Source of the DNA: an uncultured bacterium
GTDB taxonomy: Bacteria; Verrucomicrobiota; Verrucomicrobiia; Limisphaerales; UBA8199
DNA: 64,000 bases
Assembly (NCBI GenBank): GCA_963749495.1
Contig: CAVVMW010000004.1
Location: 224,001 to 288,000, forward strand
Direction of reading: 5' to 3'
Position 1 is the stretch's first letter. Each line of letters starts with the position of its first letter. Positions 53,356 through 64,000 of this stretch are shown piece after piece. The notes under the pieces were generated by a model. The model was not told the DNA's origin. It made no database searches and was given only the letters and a program-made list of their open reading frames with translations. Position numbers and translations under genes: made by a program.

Positions 53356-56063
53356 ACCGAGCGGGAGTGGTCGCTTTCCAGAAGCTGGGTGTTGCTGGGG
53401 ATTTTTTCCGGTGTGCCCGAAAGTCGTCTCGCCAGCCAATGCCGGACGGACTCGATCTCACGGGTTGTCTGAGCGAGGCACTGCCTGGCGCCGGACAATT
53501 GTCCCTGTTTTGCCTCGAGTTCCATTTGTTGCAGCGGAGGGACCACCAGTGTCATTCCGCAAGTCGCACTGGCTCCGGAGAGCCGATGAGCCAAACGGTT
53601 CACTTCTTTGGCCGAACCGGCCTTGATGGCTGCATCCAAACCACTCAGGGTTTCATCCGCTTGGGCCAGATAGAAGTCAGCCAACTCGCGCATTTGGCTG
53701 GGGTCGTTGTCGGCAACTTCCCCCAACTGTTCCAAGTCCACTGAAGGTCCTTGGGGCGCCGCGGCAGGTGCTGCCGCTGGTGTTGCCGTGGTGCCAACGG
53801 GCGCCTTGCTCACCGCGGCGCCCGGTTGAGACTCCGCAAGACTTGGGGCGGGGTCGCCGCGCCGCTCGCTCGATTCGCAGCGGTCCAAGGCCATTCGCAG
53901 CTCGGGTTCTCGCACCGGCTTGCTGAGGTAATCATTCATGCCGGCAGCCAGGCATTCTTCACGGTCTCCCCGCATGGCATGGGCCGTCATCGCAATGATA
54001 TGAACCGGTTTGCGCCCCGTCTTCTCTTCACGCCTGCGGATTTCGCGGGTGGCTCCGTAGCCGTCCATCTCCGGCATCTGGCAATCCATCAGGATGACTT
54101 CATAGGGAATCCGCTGGATGGCGTCCAAGACCTCGAGACCGTTGCCCGCCACGTCGGCGGCGTAGCCCAGTTTGGCCAACTGGCCCGCCGCCACCTGCTG
54201 GTTGATGGGATTGTCTTCCGCCAGAAGAATGCGGAACTTGCGGGCCGGACGCACCGCCGCGGTTGGCGGAGTAATGCGACAAACGTCCTTCTGCAAAGCC
54301 CGCCCCATGGCCGTCGTCAAACAATCGAAGAGCAGTGAGTGCTTTACAGGCTTGGTCACACATGCCACAATGCCCGCCGCGGTCCATTCCGCCTGATCCA
54401 GCTTTTGCGCAACTGAGGCCAGCAGGATCAAGCGCGGGCTGCCAAAGGCGGGATTCGACTTGATCGCCCGCGCCAGCGACAGGCCGTCCATCTCCGGCAT
54501 TAGCATGTCCAGAATCACCAGGTCAAAGGGACTGTGAACGGTGTCGCGCAAGAGCTGGAGCGCCTGGGCGGCGCTGCCAGCGCTGGCGCTGTTCATCCCC
54601 CAGGCGCGCGTTTGGCGCTCCAGGATCTCGCGGCTAACGGCGTTGTCGTCCACGATCAGCACCCGCAAATTGGCCAATTCCAGTTCTTCCCCGGCGACCG
54701 GCTTGGCACTGGCGGGCTGCCTTTCCATTTGTGCGGTAAACCAAAAGAGCGAACCGTTGCCCGGACTGCTTTCCACACCAATCTCGCCGCCCATCATCTG
54801 CGCCAGCTTCCTGGAAATCGCCAGTCCAAGGCCCGTCCCGCCGCATTTGCGAGTCGTGGAGCCGTCGATCTGGCTGAAGGCCTGGAAAAGCCGTGTCTGG
54901 CCTTCCGGCGAGATGCCCACGCCTGTGTCTTTGACTTCAAAACGGAGTGTCACCTGGGTGGCAGTCTCACTGACTTTGGCCACGCGCACGATGACTTCGC
55001 CACGGTCGGTGAACTTAATGGCGTTGCTGACCAGATTCAGGAGGATCTGCCTTAACCGGCACGGATCGCCGCGCAGTTGGACCGGCACATCTGTCCGCAC
55101 CAGTCCCGCCAATTCCAGGCTTTTCGCGCCCGCTCGGTCGGCCACTACTTCCAAGCAGTCTTCGATAGCTTGCTGGAGATCGAAGTCGAGGCTTTCTAAC
55201 GTGAGTTTTCCGGCTTCGATCTTCGAGAAATCGAGGATGCCGTTGATGATGGTCAGGAGGGACTCCCCGCTATTGCGGATGGTATCGGCAAGATGGCGTT
55301 GTGGTGGTGTCAACTCGGTGTCCAGCAGCAGATTGGTCATGCCAATGACGCCGTTCATGGGCGTGCGGATTTCATGGCTCATGTTTGCCAGGAACTCGCC
55401 CTTGGCGCGGTCGGCGGCTTCGGCGGCGTTCTTGGCCTGTTGCAGTTCGTGCTCACTCTTGCGAAGCAGGATGCGCTCGCTGCGCAACCTGGCATTGGTT
55501 TCCTCGAGCACGCTGGTTCGCTCCCGGACGAGGGTTCCGAGGCGGTCCAACTGAAGCTTGCCTTCCTGGTGCAACCGCCATTTCTCGGTTAGCGCATAGG
55601 CCAACTGCAGGACTTCCACGATCTCGAAGGGTTTCTTTAGAATCACCAGGCGATCTCCGCAACCGAGCTTTTCCACTATCTCGTCCCAGGAAAAATCCGC
55701 GTAAGCGGTGCAGATGACGGTCTGAAGCTCGGGATCAGCCTGCCAGAGCCGGGTGGAGGTTTCGATGCCGTCCCAGCCGGGCGGCATGCGCACGTCAACA
55801 AAAGCCATGGCATAGGGGCGCCCAGTTCGCACGGCCGCTTGGACCATGTCGAGTCCCTCCTGGCCCTGATAGGCCGAATCGAGTTCAAAGGACGGGCGTT
55901 GGAAGCGAACCACTGGCGCATCGAATAACACACATTCGACCTCCTCCAGAGCACCTCGCTGACCTGACGCCGGACAGAGGATGCTGCGGAATCCTTCATG
56001 GATCGCGCGGTTGTCGTCAATGATGAGGATGCGGGGATTTCTTTCCATAGTCTGGGGATTCAT
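53352..56063 (-). CDS. Hybrid kinase REC-HisKA-HATPase-REC-REC-Hpt
   Basis: [28 protein letters not shown], two REC domains, AHRLSGAS Hpt. Confidence 0.93.
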   Translation of the reverse strand: MNPQTMERNPRILIIDDNRAIHEGFRSILCPASGQRGALEEVECVLFDAPVVRFQRPSFELDSAYQGQEGLDMVQAAVRTGRPYAMAFVDVRMPPGWDGIETSTRLWQADPELQTVICTAYADFSWDEIVEKLGCGDRLVILKKPFEIVEVLQLAYALTEKWRLHQEGKLQLDRLGTLVRERTSVLEETNARLRSERILLRKSEHELQQAKNAAEAADRAKGEFLANMSHEIRTPMNGVIGMTNLLLDTELTPPQRHLADTIRNSGESLLTIINGILDFSKIEAGKLTLESLDFDLQQAIEDCLEVVADRAGAKSLELAGLVRTDVPVQLRGDPCRLRQILLNLVSNAIKFTDRGEVIVRVAKVSETATQVTLRFEVKDTGVGISPEGQTRLFQAFSQIDGSTTRKCGGTGLGLAISRKLAQMMGGEIGVESSPGNGSLFWFTAQMERQPASAKPVAGEELELANLRVLIVDDNAVSREILERQTRAWGMNSASAGSAAQALQLLRDTVHSPFDLVILDMLMPEMDGLSLARAIKSNPAFGSPRLILLASVAQKLDQAEWTAAGIVACVTKPVKHSLLFDCLTTAMGRALQKDVCRITPPTAAVRPARKFRILLAEDNPINQQVAAGQLAKLGYAADVAGNGLEVLDAIQRIPYEVILMDCQMPEMDGYGATREIRRREEKTGRKPVHIIAMTAHAMRGDREECLAAGMNDYLSKPVREPELRMALDRCESSERRGDPAPSLAESQPGAAVSKAPVGTTATPAAAPAAAPQGPSVDLEQLGEVADNDPSQMRELADFYLAQADETLSGLDAAIKAGSAKEVNRLAHRLSGASATCGMTLVVPPLQQMELEAKQGQLSGARQCLAQTTREIESVRHWLARRLSGTPEKIPSNTQLLESDHSRSV

Positions 56064-57277
56064 TTCCCGGGTGGCCGGGGAGTTCCAGGACGAAGAGGGC
56101 GGCCTGGCCCGGGCGAACACTGTGAGCGGTCAAAGCCATGGCAAAATGATCCCTGGGGCGGGACGTGCTGTCCCAGAAAAAGCTCTCGATCGGCAAGGGA
56201 ACCGCTCGCACGACCACAGTCGGCCATCGCTTCGTGCCGCTCGATGAAGGAGCGGACGGCCAGAATCGCTTGCGAGTGGATTTGGGCAATGCGCGATTCC
56301 GTCAGCCCGAAAACCTCCGCGATCTCCCGCAGGCGCAGATCCTCGTGATAATAGAGGGCCAGCACCTTTTGCTGGATGGGCGGCAGTTGCCGGATGCGCC
56401 TGGCAATCAGAGCCTTGAGTTCGCTGTGGGACGCGCGTTCAAAGGGGTCTTCTTGCGAATCGTCGGCAATGCAGTCACAGGGGGCAGCCCCGTCGCCCGT
56501 GCCGCCATGAGACACGGCATCCAGGCAGACGAAGGTGACGGGCCGGATTTCATCCAGGCAGTTGCGATAGTCGCCCAGCGTGAGGCCCAGCGCCTCGGCC
56601 ATCTGCTGTGCGGAAGGCGGGGCGCCAAGCCGCTGCTCCAACTCGCCGAGGACATTCTGGATCTTGCGGGCCTTTTCATGAACCAGGCGTGGCACCCAGT
56701 CCATGCGCCGCACTTCGTCGAGCACGGCGCCGCGAATGCGGAAGCGGGCAAAGGTCTGGAAGGAGGCGCCGCCCTTGGTGTCGAACCTGCGGATGGCTTG
56801 AAGCAGCCCGATCCTGGCGGCGCTTTGGAGGTCCTCGGCGCTGACACACCTCGGCAGGGTCATGGCCAAGCGGCCCACCACGGTGCGGACCAGCGGCAGG
56901 TACTGCTGGAGGAGCGCGTCTTCCGTTGGGGTGTCGCCGGCCCCATGATAGCGTTGCCACAAATCCTGCGCCGCCGCCGGGGTTTGGTCCTGTGCCCGTC
57001 CGGCAGCCGCATCCACAAGGTTGCATCTCCGGGCGACCGAGTGTGCCTTGATCCGGCGGGTTGCTTCAAATCCATCTGCCTTGGGCCTTGCGCAATCAAA
57101 CTTGATCGGTGTCAACCTATTCGTCACGATTGCCCAACAGCAGGTTTTGAGCAGGTCGGGCCGGGGAAAGGGGCTCGTGCATTGAACCCCAGGAAAATTG
57201 CAGTGAACCCAGCGCAAATGGCAGCCAGATTCAAGAAGCTTGCTCCGCGCGGGCCGGGAATGCCAGCCGAGGTCCAA
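56060..57277 (-). CDS. FliA/WhiG family sigma factor (core ~56230-56960; true start and stop uncertain)
   Basis: YLPLV...GLLQAI.RFD...[44 protein letters not shown]. Confidence 0.88.
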   Translation of the reverse strand: MDLGWHSRPARSKLLESGCHLRWVHCNFPGVQCTSPFPRPDLLKTCCWAIVTNRLTPIKFDCARPKADGFEATRRIKAHSVARRCNLVDAAAGRAQDQTPAAAQDLWQRYHGAGDTPTEDALLQQYLPLVRTVVGRLAMTLPRCVSAEDLQSAARIGLLQAIRRFDTKGGASFQTFARFRIRGAVLDEVRRMDWVPRLVHEKARKIQNVLGELEQRLGAPPSAQQMAEALGLTLGDYRNCLDEIRPVTFVCLDAVSHGGTGDGAAPCDCIADDSQEDPFERASHSELKALIARRIRQLPPIQQKVLALYYHEDLRLREIAEVFGLTESRIAQIHSQAILAVRSFIERHEAMADCGRASGSLADRELFLGQHVPPQGSFCHGFDRSQCSPGPGRPLRPGTPRPPGK

Positions 57278-57479
57278 ACCAGCCCAAAAAGAGGACGGCT
57301 CTGAGGCAATTCTCGCCGGATCGCAGGCAACAGGATCATCAGTCGGGCAACGCGCCTCAGGCGGCAGGTTGCTTCGGAATCACCCGAATGGCGCGGCTTA
57401 CACCCGGCAGGCGGGGAGTCTCCGATGACCTACGGGCTGGAAGTCGGCGCTACGGATTCAGCGCGCACCCAACCTCGGC

Positions 57480-57590
57480 GTAGCGCAGGTTTCCAACCTG
57501 CTGTATCGCGGATTTCCAATCCGCCAGTCGTGCCTCCGCCCCGAGTGCCAGGATTTGTCGAACAGTATGCCGACTGGAAGTCTGCGCTAC
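57480..57590. repeat. REP family A copy
   Basis: gtagcgcaggtttccaacctgctgtatcgc ... gtctgcgctac. Confidence 0.75.
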
Positions 57591-59532
57591 TCAAACGCGC
57601 AGCGCCTTGAGCTTGCGGTTCAGGACCGGAGTTTGACTCAGGCTGACCAGGATCGGCTCCGCTATGTCGCGCAGGTGGACTTGCAGCCGGCCGGAGGGGA
57701 GTCTTTCGACGCGATCCATGAAGGCCAGATTCACAATCGCACGACGGTGAACGCGGACGAACTGTCCGCCGGGAAGCTCAGACTGCCATTGTTTCAAGGG
57801 TTTTCTAAGCAGCGCACCCTTCTCGCCCTGGTTCCAATGAACCCAGGAGTACTCACCGTAGGCAAGAATACTCTTAATCTCGCTGATCTTTACCAGCCGC
57901 TTCTCCGTCAAGGTTTTGACCAGGAATGAACCGGCCGGCTTGGAATCCGCCCGCGGAAGTGCCGCGACCTTGGCTGCCAGACGCTGTCGCACTCGCAGCA
58001 GCGCCTTTTGCAGTCGTTCCGAACTGACCGGCTTCACCAAGTAGTCCGTGGCTTCGCAATCAAAGGCCCGGACCGCGTATTCCTCGGCGCTGGTCACAAA
58101 GACCACCGAGACGTTGGGCGCCAGGTGCGGGAGCAAGTCGAACCCTGAGCCATCCGGCAGGTTCACGTCCAGGAAAACCACCGCGGGCTTCTGTTGGCTT
58201 GCCAGGAGGCGCGCCTGGGCAACCGTGCCCGCTTCGCCACGGACCTGAACGTCGTTTGAGCCCCTCCAGCAACTCGCGCAGCACATTGCGCACTACCGGG
58301 TCGTCCTCGACCACGATGGCTCTCAATTTGCCCGCGGCCTCAGGAACGGCGTCAGGAGGCCGAATCTCGGCGCCCAGGCGAGTCTCCGAGGCTTGAGATT
58401 CAATCGGAATCGCAACGACTTCTCCCTGTTTCGCGACACGACCCGGAGGGGACGCCGGCAAATCAATCGAAAAGGTCGTCCCTTGGTTGGGCTCGCTGAC
58501 GAAGCTGATGCTGCCACCATGCTCTCGGATACAGCTCTGGACCACGCACAGCCCCAAACCGTGGCCGGGTTTTGCCCCGGTGTTTGAAGCTCTGAAGAAT
58601 GGCTCGAAAATGCCGGCTTGCTCCTGGACCGGTATCCCGATGCCCTTGTCGCTGACTTCGATGCGGTATCCTCGCGCGGCGCGGGCCAGGCTGACCACGA
58701 CGGGTCCGTCGGAATACTTCAGGGCGTTGGAGAGCAGGTTTTCCAGCGCATGACGCAGGCGCGGCGCATCGGCGACCACGGAGAAAGGCCCTTCGCCACA
58801 GTGGAACTGCAGGCGCCCACAAGGCTCAGAATCTGCGAGCAACAATTCGCAAAAGTTCCGCAGGTCGAAGGCGCTCGCATTCAAGGGCTGAGGCCGCATC
58901 CGCGAGCGGACTACATACATCGTTTCCGAGATGATGTCCTGCATCCGCGCGACGGCCTTCTGCATTCCGGCCAGGATTTGCTCAGACCTTTCCCGGCTCT
59001 GACCCGGCGACCCCGCGGCGTTCCGCAGCAGGCTGGTATAGGCGAAAACGGCAAAGAGCGGGTTGCGCAGGTCGTGCACCGTTTCTGCGAAGAGATGCAT
59101 CGCTCGCCCCATCTGCTTTTGCTGCCGTTGCCGCTCCGACTGGCGCCGATCAAGGCGGGCTGTGATTGCACCCAGCAGGTCCACGATGTTAGCAGGCTTC
59201 GTCAGATAATCATCCGCCCCCAGGTTCATGCCCTGGCGCACCTCGGCGGGCTCGGATTGGCCGGTAAGAAAGATGATCGGGATGCCGGACAGCCTGTCAT
59301 CTCGCCGCAACGCCGCTAACACCTCATACCCATTCATCTGAGGCATAACCAGGTCGCACAGAATCAAATCCGGAAGACGCTCGGCCGCCCGGCGCACCCC
59401 TTCCGCCCCGTTGGAGGCCGCCTGAACTTCAAACCCGTGCTTGACCAGCGATTTTGTTATGACCTCGCAAAAGTCCTGTTCATCATCAATGAGCAGGATG
59501 CGAGCATTTCGTTCCATAAAGTGGGGATTCAA
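57591..59532 (-). CDS. REC-HisKA-HATPase-REC-LytTR fusion (frameshift near 58260)
   Basis: VHDLRNPL, GHGLGL, IVVEDD...RELLEG|NDVQV..., FLDVNLPDG, FVRVHRRAIVN (LytTR). Confidence 0.82.
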
Positions 59533-61622
59533 CGCGTTCCTTGCTTGGGCACCAGGGGGAGCTCCAGGACAAAAAGAGCGCCTTGGCCCGGGCCGGCGCT
59601 GTGCGCGGTCAAAGTGCCGCCCAGTTCCTTGGCCGCCAGCGCCCCGTTGTGCAAACCGAAACCGTGGCCTTTTTTGCGGGTCGTGAACCCGAATTCGAAG
59701 ACGCGAACCAGGTTCTCCGCGGGGATGCCGATGCCGTTGTCCTGGACCGAGAGCCTGACCCGGTCATCCGCGGCCTCGGTCCGCACCACTAAACGCCTTT
59801 CCGCGGGTCGTCCCTCATCCAGCGCATACTTGGCATTGCGAATGAGGTTGACCAGGATCTGGAGGACCTTGTGTTTCTCAATCGGCACCGGCGGACATTG
59901 GGCGTATTGGCGGACGACCTGGACCCGGTGGCGGTCCAAGGCGGCGGCGTTGAGCTGCAAGGCGTCCTCGACGAGTTGCTCGATCGAGGCCGTTTCCTGC
60001 ACGCTGACCGTGCGAGCGTAGTCTTGCTGCATCGCGACGACCTGCTTGATGTGCTCGACGTGATCCTGCAGGGACGACAGGTCCTTGAGGATCTCGGCCT
60101 GCTCCTGCTCCAGGCGAGCCGCCAATGCCGCCAGGTAGCCGGGCAACCGTTGCCCCTTGGGATCGGAGGCCAGGAACCCGGCGAGGTCCTCCCGGTGCGC
60201 GTTGAGCAACGCGGCGGCTTTGGCCAGGCCGGGCACCTTGGAGCCATGGACTTTCTCGATGACGAGCGAACTGATGATGTTAACGCTGTTCAGGACGTTG
60301 CCAACGTTGTGCAAAATGCTGGTGGCAACTTCGGCCATCCCCGCCTGCCGGGAGGTCTCGATCAATTCGCGTTGTATCTCGGCCATTTTGGTTTCCGCCT
60401 GCTTCCGCTCGGTGATGTCCGTGCATGTCCCCACCCACTCGCGAATGGTCCCGCCTGTGTCCAGGATCGGGACCCCCTTGGCCGCAAAGTCACGATATTG
60501 GCCGTCACGCCTGCGGAGGCGGTATTCGGACACGAACGCGCTTTTGGTTGCGACGGCGCGAGCCCACTGTCCCTGCACGGCCACTTTGTCATCCGGGTGA
60601 ATGGCGTTGGACCAGCCATGGCCCCGCATTTCGCCGCCACTCTGTCCGGTGAACTCCTGCCAACTCGGCATGTCGCCGATGTTTTCGCCAGCGTCATTGA
60701 AATGCCACACCATCTGCGATGTCGCCGTGACCAGTGTTCTGAATCGTTCCTCGCTCTGGCGCAAGGCTTCCTCCGCCCGCTTGCTCTCGGTGATGTCGCG
60801 GAAATACCAAATCCTGCCGGCGGTCTCTCCCGTTCGCAGGACCAGCGGCGCCGAGTAGCGGTCCAGCACCCTGCCATCTTTGAATTGGATTTCGTCCCGG
60901 CTCCTTTCCTCCGGATGGCCATAAAGGCGCCTGACCCCATCGAGGAAGCTCTCGGGCGACTTGAGCTGTTCGAGCGCGTGGGCCAGCAGTTTTTCGTCGT
61001 CCTTTGACGCCAACAGGTCCGCAGGAACACTCCATAACTGCTGAAACCGGCTGTTGCTCAGGATGACCTTGCCGCGGGCGTCAACCACCAACAACCCATC
61101 GAGAGTGGTTTCCGACTGCGCCTCCAGGAGGCTTGTCTTGAACGAGAGTTCAGCGGTGCGCTCCCCGACGTTGGCCTCCAACTGGCTGTGGCTTTGCTGC
61201 AGGCCGATCAGTTCGCCGATGTCCTCCAGCACCAGGAGGACCAACTTCTGCGCGTTCAGCACGAAGGCCGAGGCCGTCACCAGCAGGTGCACCTGCTTAA
61301 GGGCATCTCCAGGCTGCAGTTCCATGAGCGCCCGCCGGCGGATGCACTGGCCGCCGGCCACGGCGTCCTTGACCGAACCCCGCACCACACACGCCGGGCA
61401 CGACTCGGACCGCCCGCAGCCGCCCGGCGCTTCGCGGGCATGAATGCAGTGCAGGACTTCGCCACCCCGGCGCAGGAGAACCTCCGGCCGGGGGCTGCCC
61501 AAAAAGCGGGCCGCAGCCGCGTTGTAATCGAGAATGCGCACGTCCTCGTCCACCGCGAAAACCGGCGCCGGAAAGGCGTGCAACAATTGCTTGGCGAGGC
61601 TGTCGCTATCCATAAGAGTCAT
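59529..61622 (-). CDS. Multi-PAS sensor histidine kinase
   Basis: Cys-containing PAS (LHCIH...CG.SESC..C), two further PAS domains, ILHNVGN, GHGFGLH. Confidence 0.92.
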   Translation of the reverse strand: MTLMDSDSLAKQLLHAFPAPVFAVDEDVRILDYNAAAARFLGSPRPEVLLRRGGEVLHCIHAREAPGGCGRSESCPACVVRGSVKDAVAGGQCIRRRALMELQPGDALKQVHLLVTASAFVLNAQKLVLLVLEDIGELIGLQQSHSQLEANVGERTAELSFKTSLLEAQSETTLDGLLVVDARGKVILSNSRFQQLWSVPADLLASKDDEKLLAHALEQLKSPESFLDGVRRLYGHPEERSRDEIQFKDGRVLDRYSAPLVLRTGETAGRIWYFRDITESKRAEEALRQSEERFRTLVTATSQMVWHFNDAGENIGDMPSWQEFTGQSGGEMRGHGWSNAIHPDDKVAVQGQWARAVATKSAFVSEYRLRRRDGQYRDFAAKGVPILDTGGTIREWVGTCTDITERKQAETKMAEIQRELIETSRQAGMAEVATSILHNVGNVLNSVNIISSLVIEKVHGSKVPGLAKAAALLNAHREDLAGFLASDPKGQRLPGYLAALAARLEQEQAEILKDLSSLQDHVEHIKQVVAMQQDYARTVSVQETASIEQLVEDALQLNAAALDRHRVQVVRQYAQCPPVPIEKHKVLQILVNLIRNAKYALDEGRPAERRLVVRTEAADDRVRLSVQDNGIGIPAENLVRVFEFGFTTRKKGHGFGLHNGALAAKELGGTLTAHSAGPGQGALFVLELPLVPKQGTR

Positions 61623-61923
61623 TTGACGACTGGTGAACGGGTCCTCGCAGCAACCATCGTCCTTCCCAAGGATGGTCGCAGCCCCCCGGAATCCGTTCGC
61701 GTTTCATCTAGTCTAATGGAAACCGCAGCTTGAAACCATCCGGTGTATTCTGTAGTTCGGCCCCAGGGTTTTTATGTAGTCAACGCTGCGCCACCCCGGG
61801 ATCCATGGGTGCATCTGGAGACTGCGAAAGTCACCCTCGTCCAGTGCCCTCACGGAACCGCTGCACATCCGCAGGATCTCCCGGCAGACCTGATACCTGC
61901 CCCACACGTCCCCACCTGAACAG

Positions 61924-62586
61924 TTACTCTTTGATGATGTGGTGCCCGATGGCGTAGCGGACCAGGTCGCTTACAGAGTGCAGGTTCAGCTTGCGCATGA
62001 TGTTGACACGGTGGGCCTCGACGGTTCTCACGCTGATTCCCAGTTTCGAGGCGATTTCCTTGGATATACTGCCTTCGGCGATGAGCTGAACGATTTCACG
62101 TTGGCGCCGGGTCAGGCCCTTGCCCCTGGTTTGGCGGCTGGAGTCGCCGGTGGTTTTTTCGGAGCGGAGGAAACCGCTCAAAACCACCGGGGAGGCTATG
62201 GAAGTCAGGAACAGGTTGTGATGGGCGAGGCTCTCCACGGCCGGGATAAGGTGGTGTCTGGTATCGGTCTTGACGACGAAGGCCTTGGCGCCGGCCAGGA
62301 AGGCTTCGCGGATCAAGGGCGCGGAGTCATGCATGGTGAGGATGACGACTTCGGTCTCCGGCAGGGCATCGCGGATTCGGCGGGTGGCGTCCAGGCCGTC
62401 CATTTCGGGCAGGGCAAAGTCCATCAGGACAACGTCCGGCTTGAGTTGGAGGGCCTTACTCACCGCCTCGGGGCCGCTGGCCGCCTCACCGCATATCTGC
62501 CAGCCTTCCTGTGGGGCGAGCAAGGCTCGCAGTCCGTCGCGGACAACGTCATGGTCATCGGCAATGAGGATCCGCAGAGGTTTCAT
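61924..62586 (-). CDS. NarL/LuxR family response regulator
   Basis: IADDH, MDF.LP, LT.RQREIV...ISVRTVEAHR. Confidence 0.95.
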   Translation of the reverse strand: MKPLRILIADDHDVVRDGLRALLAPQEGWQICGEAASGPEAVSKALQLKPDVVLMDFALPEMDGLDATRRIRDALPETEVVILTMHDSAPLIREAFLAGAKAFVVKTDTRHHLIPAVESLAHHNLFLTSIASPVVLSGFLRSEKTTGDSSRQTRGKGLTRRQREIVQLIAEGSISKEIASKLGISVRTVEAHRVNIMRKLNLHSVSDLVRYAIGHHIIKE

Positions 62587-63998
62587 GGACGGGCAGCAGC
62601 CCTGGGCAGAGTAGCCCTGATGGTGGTTCCTTGGTTTCCGGATTCGATATCCAGCGAGCCGCCAAGTTCAGCCAACCGTTCTCGCATACTGATGAGGCCC
62701 AGGCTCGACCGCCCGGTGCCATCGCGGAGGCCCTGTAGTACCTCCGGCGAAAGGCCGCGCCCGTGGTCGCTGACTTCGAGCGCGACCTGGTCCGTGTCGA
62801 GCCCGATGCGGATGTTGGCGGTCTTGCTGCCGGAATGGCGGCGAATGTTGGCGAGGCCTTCCTGCACGACGCGGAAGAGGGCCAGTTCGGCATCGGCCGA
62901 GAGCCGGGCGACGTCTTCCGGCACGTCCAAGCTGACTTGGATGTCGCTCTGCGCGGAAAAGCCGTCCACGTAAGCCCGGCAGGCTGCGGCCAGGCCGCGC
63001 TGATCCAGCAGCGCGGGATGCAACAAGTAAGAGAGAGTGCGGACCTCCTTGGCACAGTCCTCGGCCAGGGTGAGGCTGCTCCGAACGAGTTTTCCGAGGG
63101 CGGGGTTCTTCGCAGTTGCCGAATGCTCGAGCCGCGTGAGGTTCAGAGAAAGGCCGATGAGTTTTTGGGCGGTGGAATCGTGGAGTTCGCGGGCGATGTG
63201 GCGCCGCTCCTCGTCCTGCGCCCGCCGCAATCGGAGCGAAAGCACGCGCGAGGTCTCCTGAGCCCGTTTACGATTGGTAACATCGTAGTGCAGGACGAAC
63301 AAATGCTCGTCGCCGCGGGCGACGAATCGAGCCATGTGGGTATCCAGCCAGACGTCTCTGCCGAACGTCGTCACCACGTGGAACTCGCGCCGGTGCGCTT
63401 TGCCGGTGCGCAAGGTCTCTTCCGCCATCTCGAGGACCCCGTATCGTTTCCAGGATTGTATCTGCCGGAAGTTTGTTTGTTGGAGCAATTGCTCCACGCG
63501 GGCGCCGACAACCAAGGCCGCAGCCTTGTTCGCGAACACGCAACGTCCGGAGGCCCGGAAAGCCAACATGGCCACCGAGGAAGTGGCCAGGATGGTTTGA
63601 TTGAGTTCCAGCGCGTCCGACAGGCGTTGCAGGACCTGCTTGCGCTCAGTGATGTCCCTCATGACGCCGACCAACCCCGACAAGCGCCCGTTTGCATCCC
63701 TCAGCGCCGCAGCGCTGAATTCCATGGGGACACGCTTGCCGCCCTTTCCAAGGACCGTGTGCTGGACATTTCGCAAGGCCCCCGTCTGCAGCGCAGCCGC
63801 TATCTCCGCCCGGATGCCGTCGTGCTCCTCTGGCGGCGTGAGATCGAAGATACTCTTGCCCAACAATTCGGCAGGGCGGCCGTAACCCAGAATCGAGGCG
63901 CCTGCGTTGTTGAGCGCGAGCAGCCGGTTTTCCAGGTCGATCATGCCGACGGCATCGGGCAACAGTTCGACTAAGTTGCGGTAATGCTGTTCGCTGGC
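62583..63998 (-). CDS. PAS-domain HisKA_3 sensor kinase, 5' partial
   Basis: ERRHIARELHDS, FRVVQEGLAN, SLGLISMRER; frame open to window end. Confidence 0.92.
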   Translation of the reverse strand, partial: ASEQHYRNLVELLPDAVGMIDLENRLLALNNAGASILGYGRPAELLGKSIFDLTPPEEHDGIRAEIAAALQTGALRNVQHTVLGKGGKRVPMEFSAAALRDANGRLSGLVGVMRDITERKQVLQRLSDALELNQTILATSSVAMLAFRASGRCVFANKAAALVVGARVEQLLQQTNFRQIQSWKRYGVLEMAEETLRTGKAHRREFHVVTTFGRDVWLDTHMARFVARGDEHLFVLHYDVTNRKRAQETSRVLSLRLRRAQDEERRHIARELHDSTAQKLIGLSLNLTRLEHSATAKNPALGKLVRSSLTLAEDCAKEVRTLSYLLHPALLDQRGLAAACRAYVDGFSAQSDIQVSLDVPEDVARLSADAELALFRVVQEGLANIRRHSGSKTANIRIGLDTDQVALEVSDHGRGLSPEVLQGLRDGTGRSSLGLISMRERLAELGGSLDIESGNQGTTIRATLPRAAARP

Positions 63999-64000
63999 CC

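Noticed and set aside
61640..61920. Short ORFs and repeated ACTACA-like motifs upstream of the PAS kinase
   Set aside because: May be a regulator binding site but too short and degenerate to support.

Overview
GC-rich bacterial chromosomal window, probably Verrucomicrobiota subdivision 3 (inferred from gene style and repeat families). It appears to be an unpolished long-read assembly: single-base frameshifts interrupt tpiA, glnS, addA and several other genes. Core genes are secG-tpiA-pgk, a TrmH methyltransferase, a YycJ-like hydrolase, glnS, GH92, GH43, a FucP-type transporter, a RodZ-like protein, addA and tRNA-Ser(GGA), interspersed with many palindromic REP/MITE-like repeats. There are three accessory regions. 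(i) An island at ~8.3-17.4 kb with a Zn-ribbon/N6-methyltransferase/PD-(D/E)xK operon, an orphan Phd antitoxin and a four-gene IS21 element whose two catalytic aspartates read as asparagine. (ii) A 2.9-kb large serine recombinase element (28629-31566) inserted precisely at the CC centre of a REP palindrome; in silico circularisation rebuilds an otherwise decapitated gene across attP, translationally coupled to the recombinase. This is the best candidate for an undescribed system. (iii) A >20-kb two-component/adenylate cyclase/sigma-28 signalling island with internal duplications, next to CotH, pilin-like and PilC genes.
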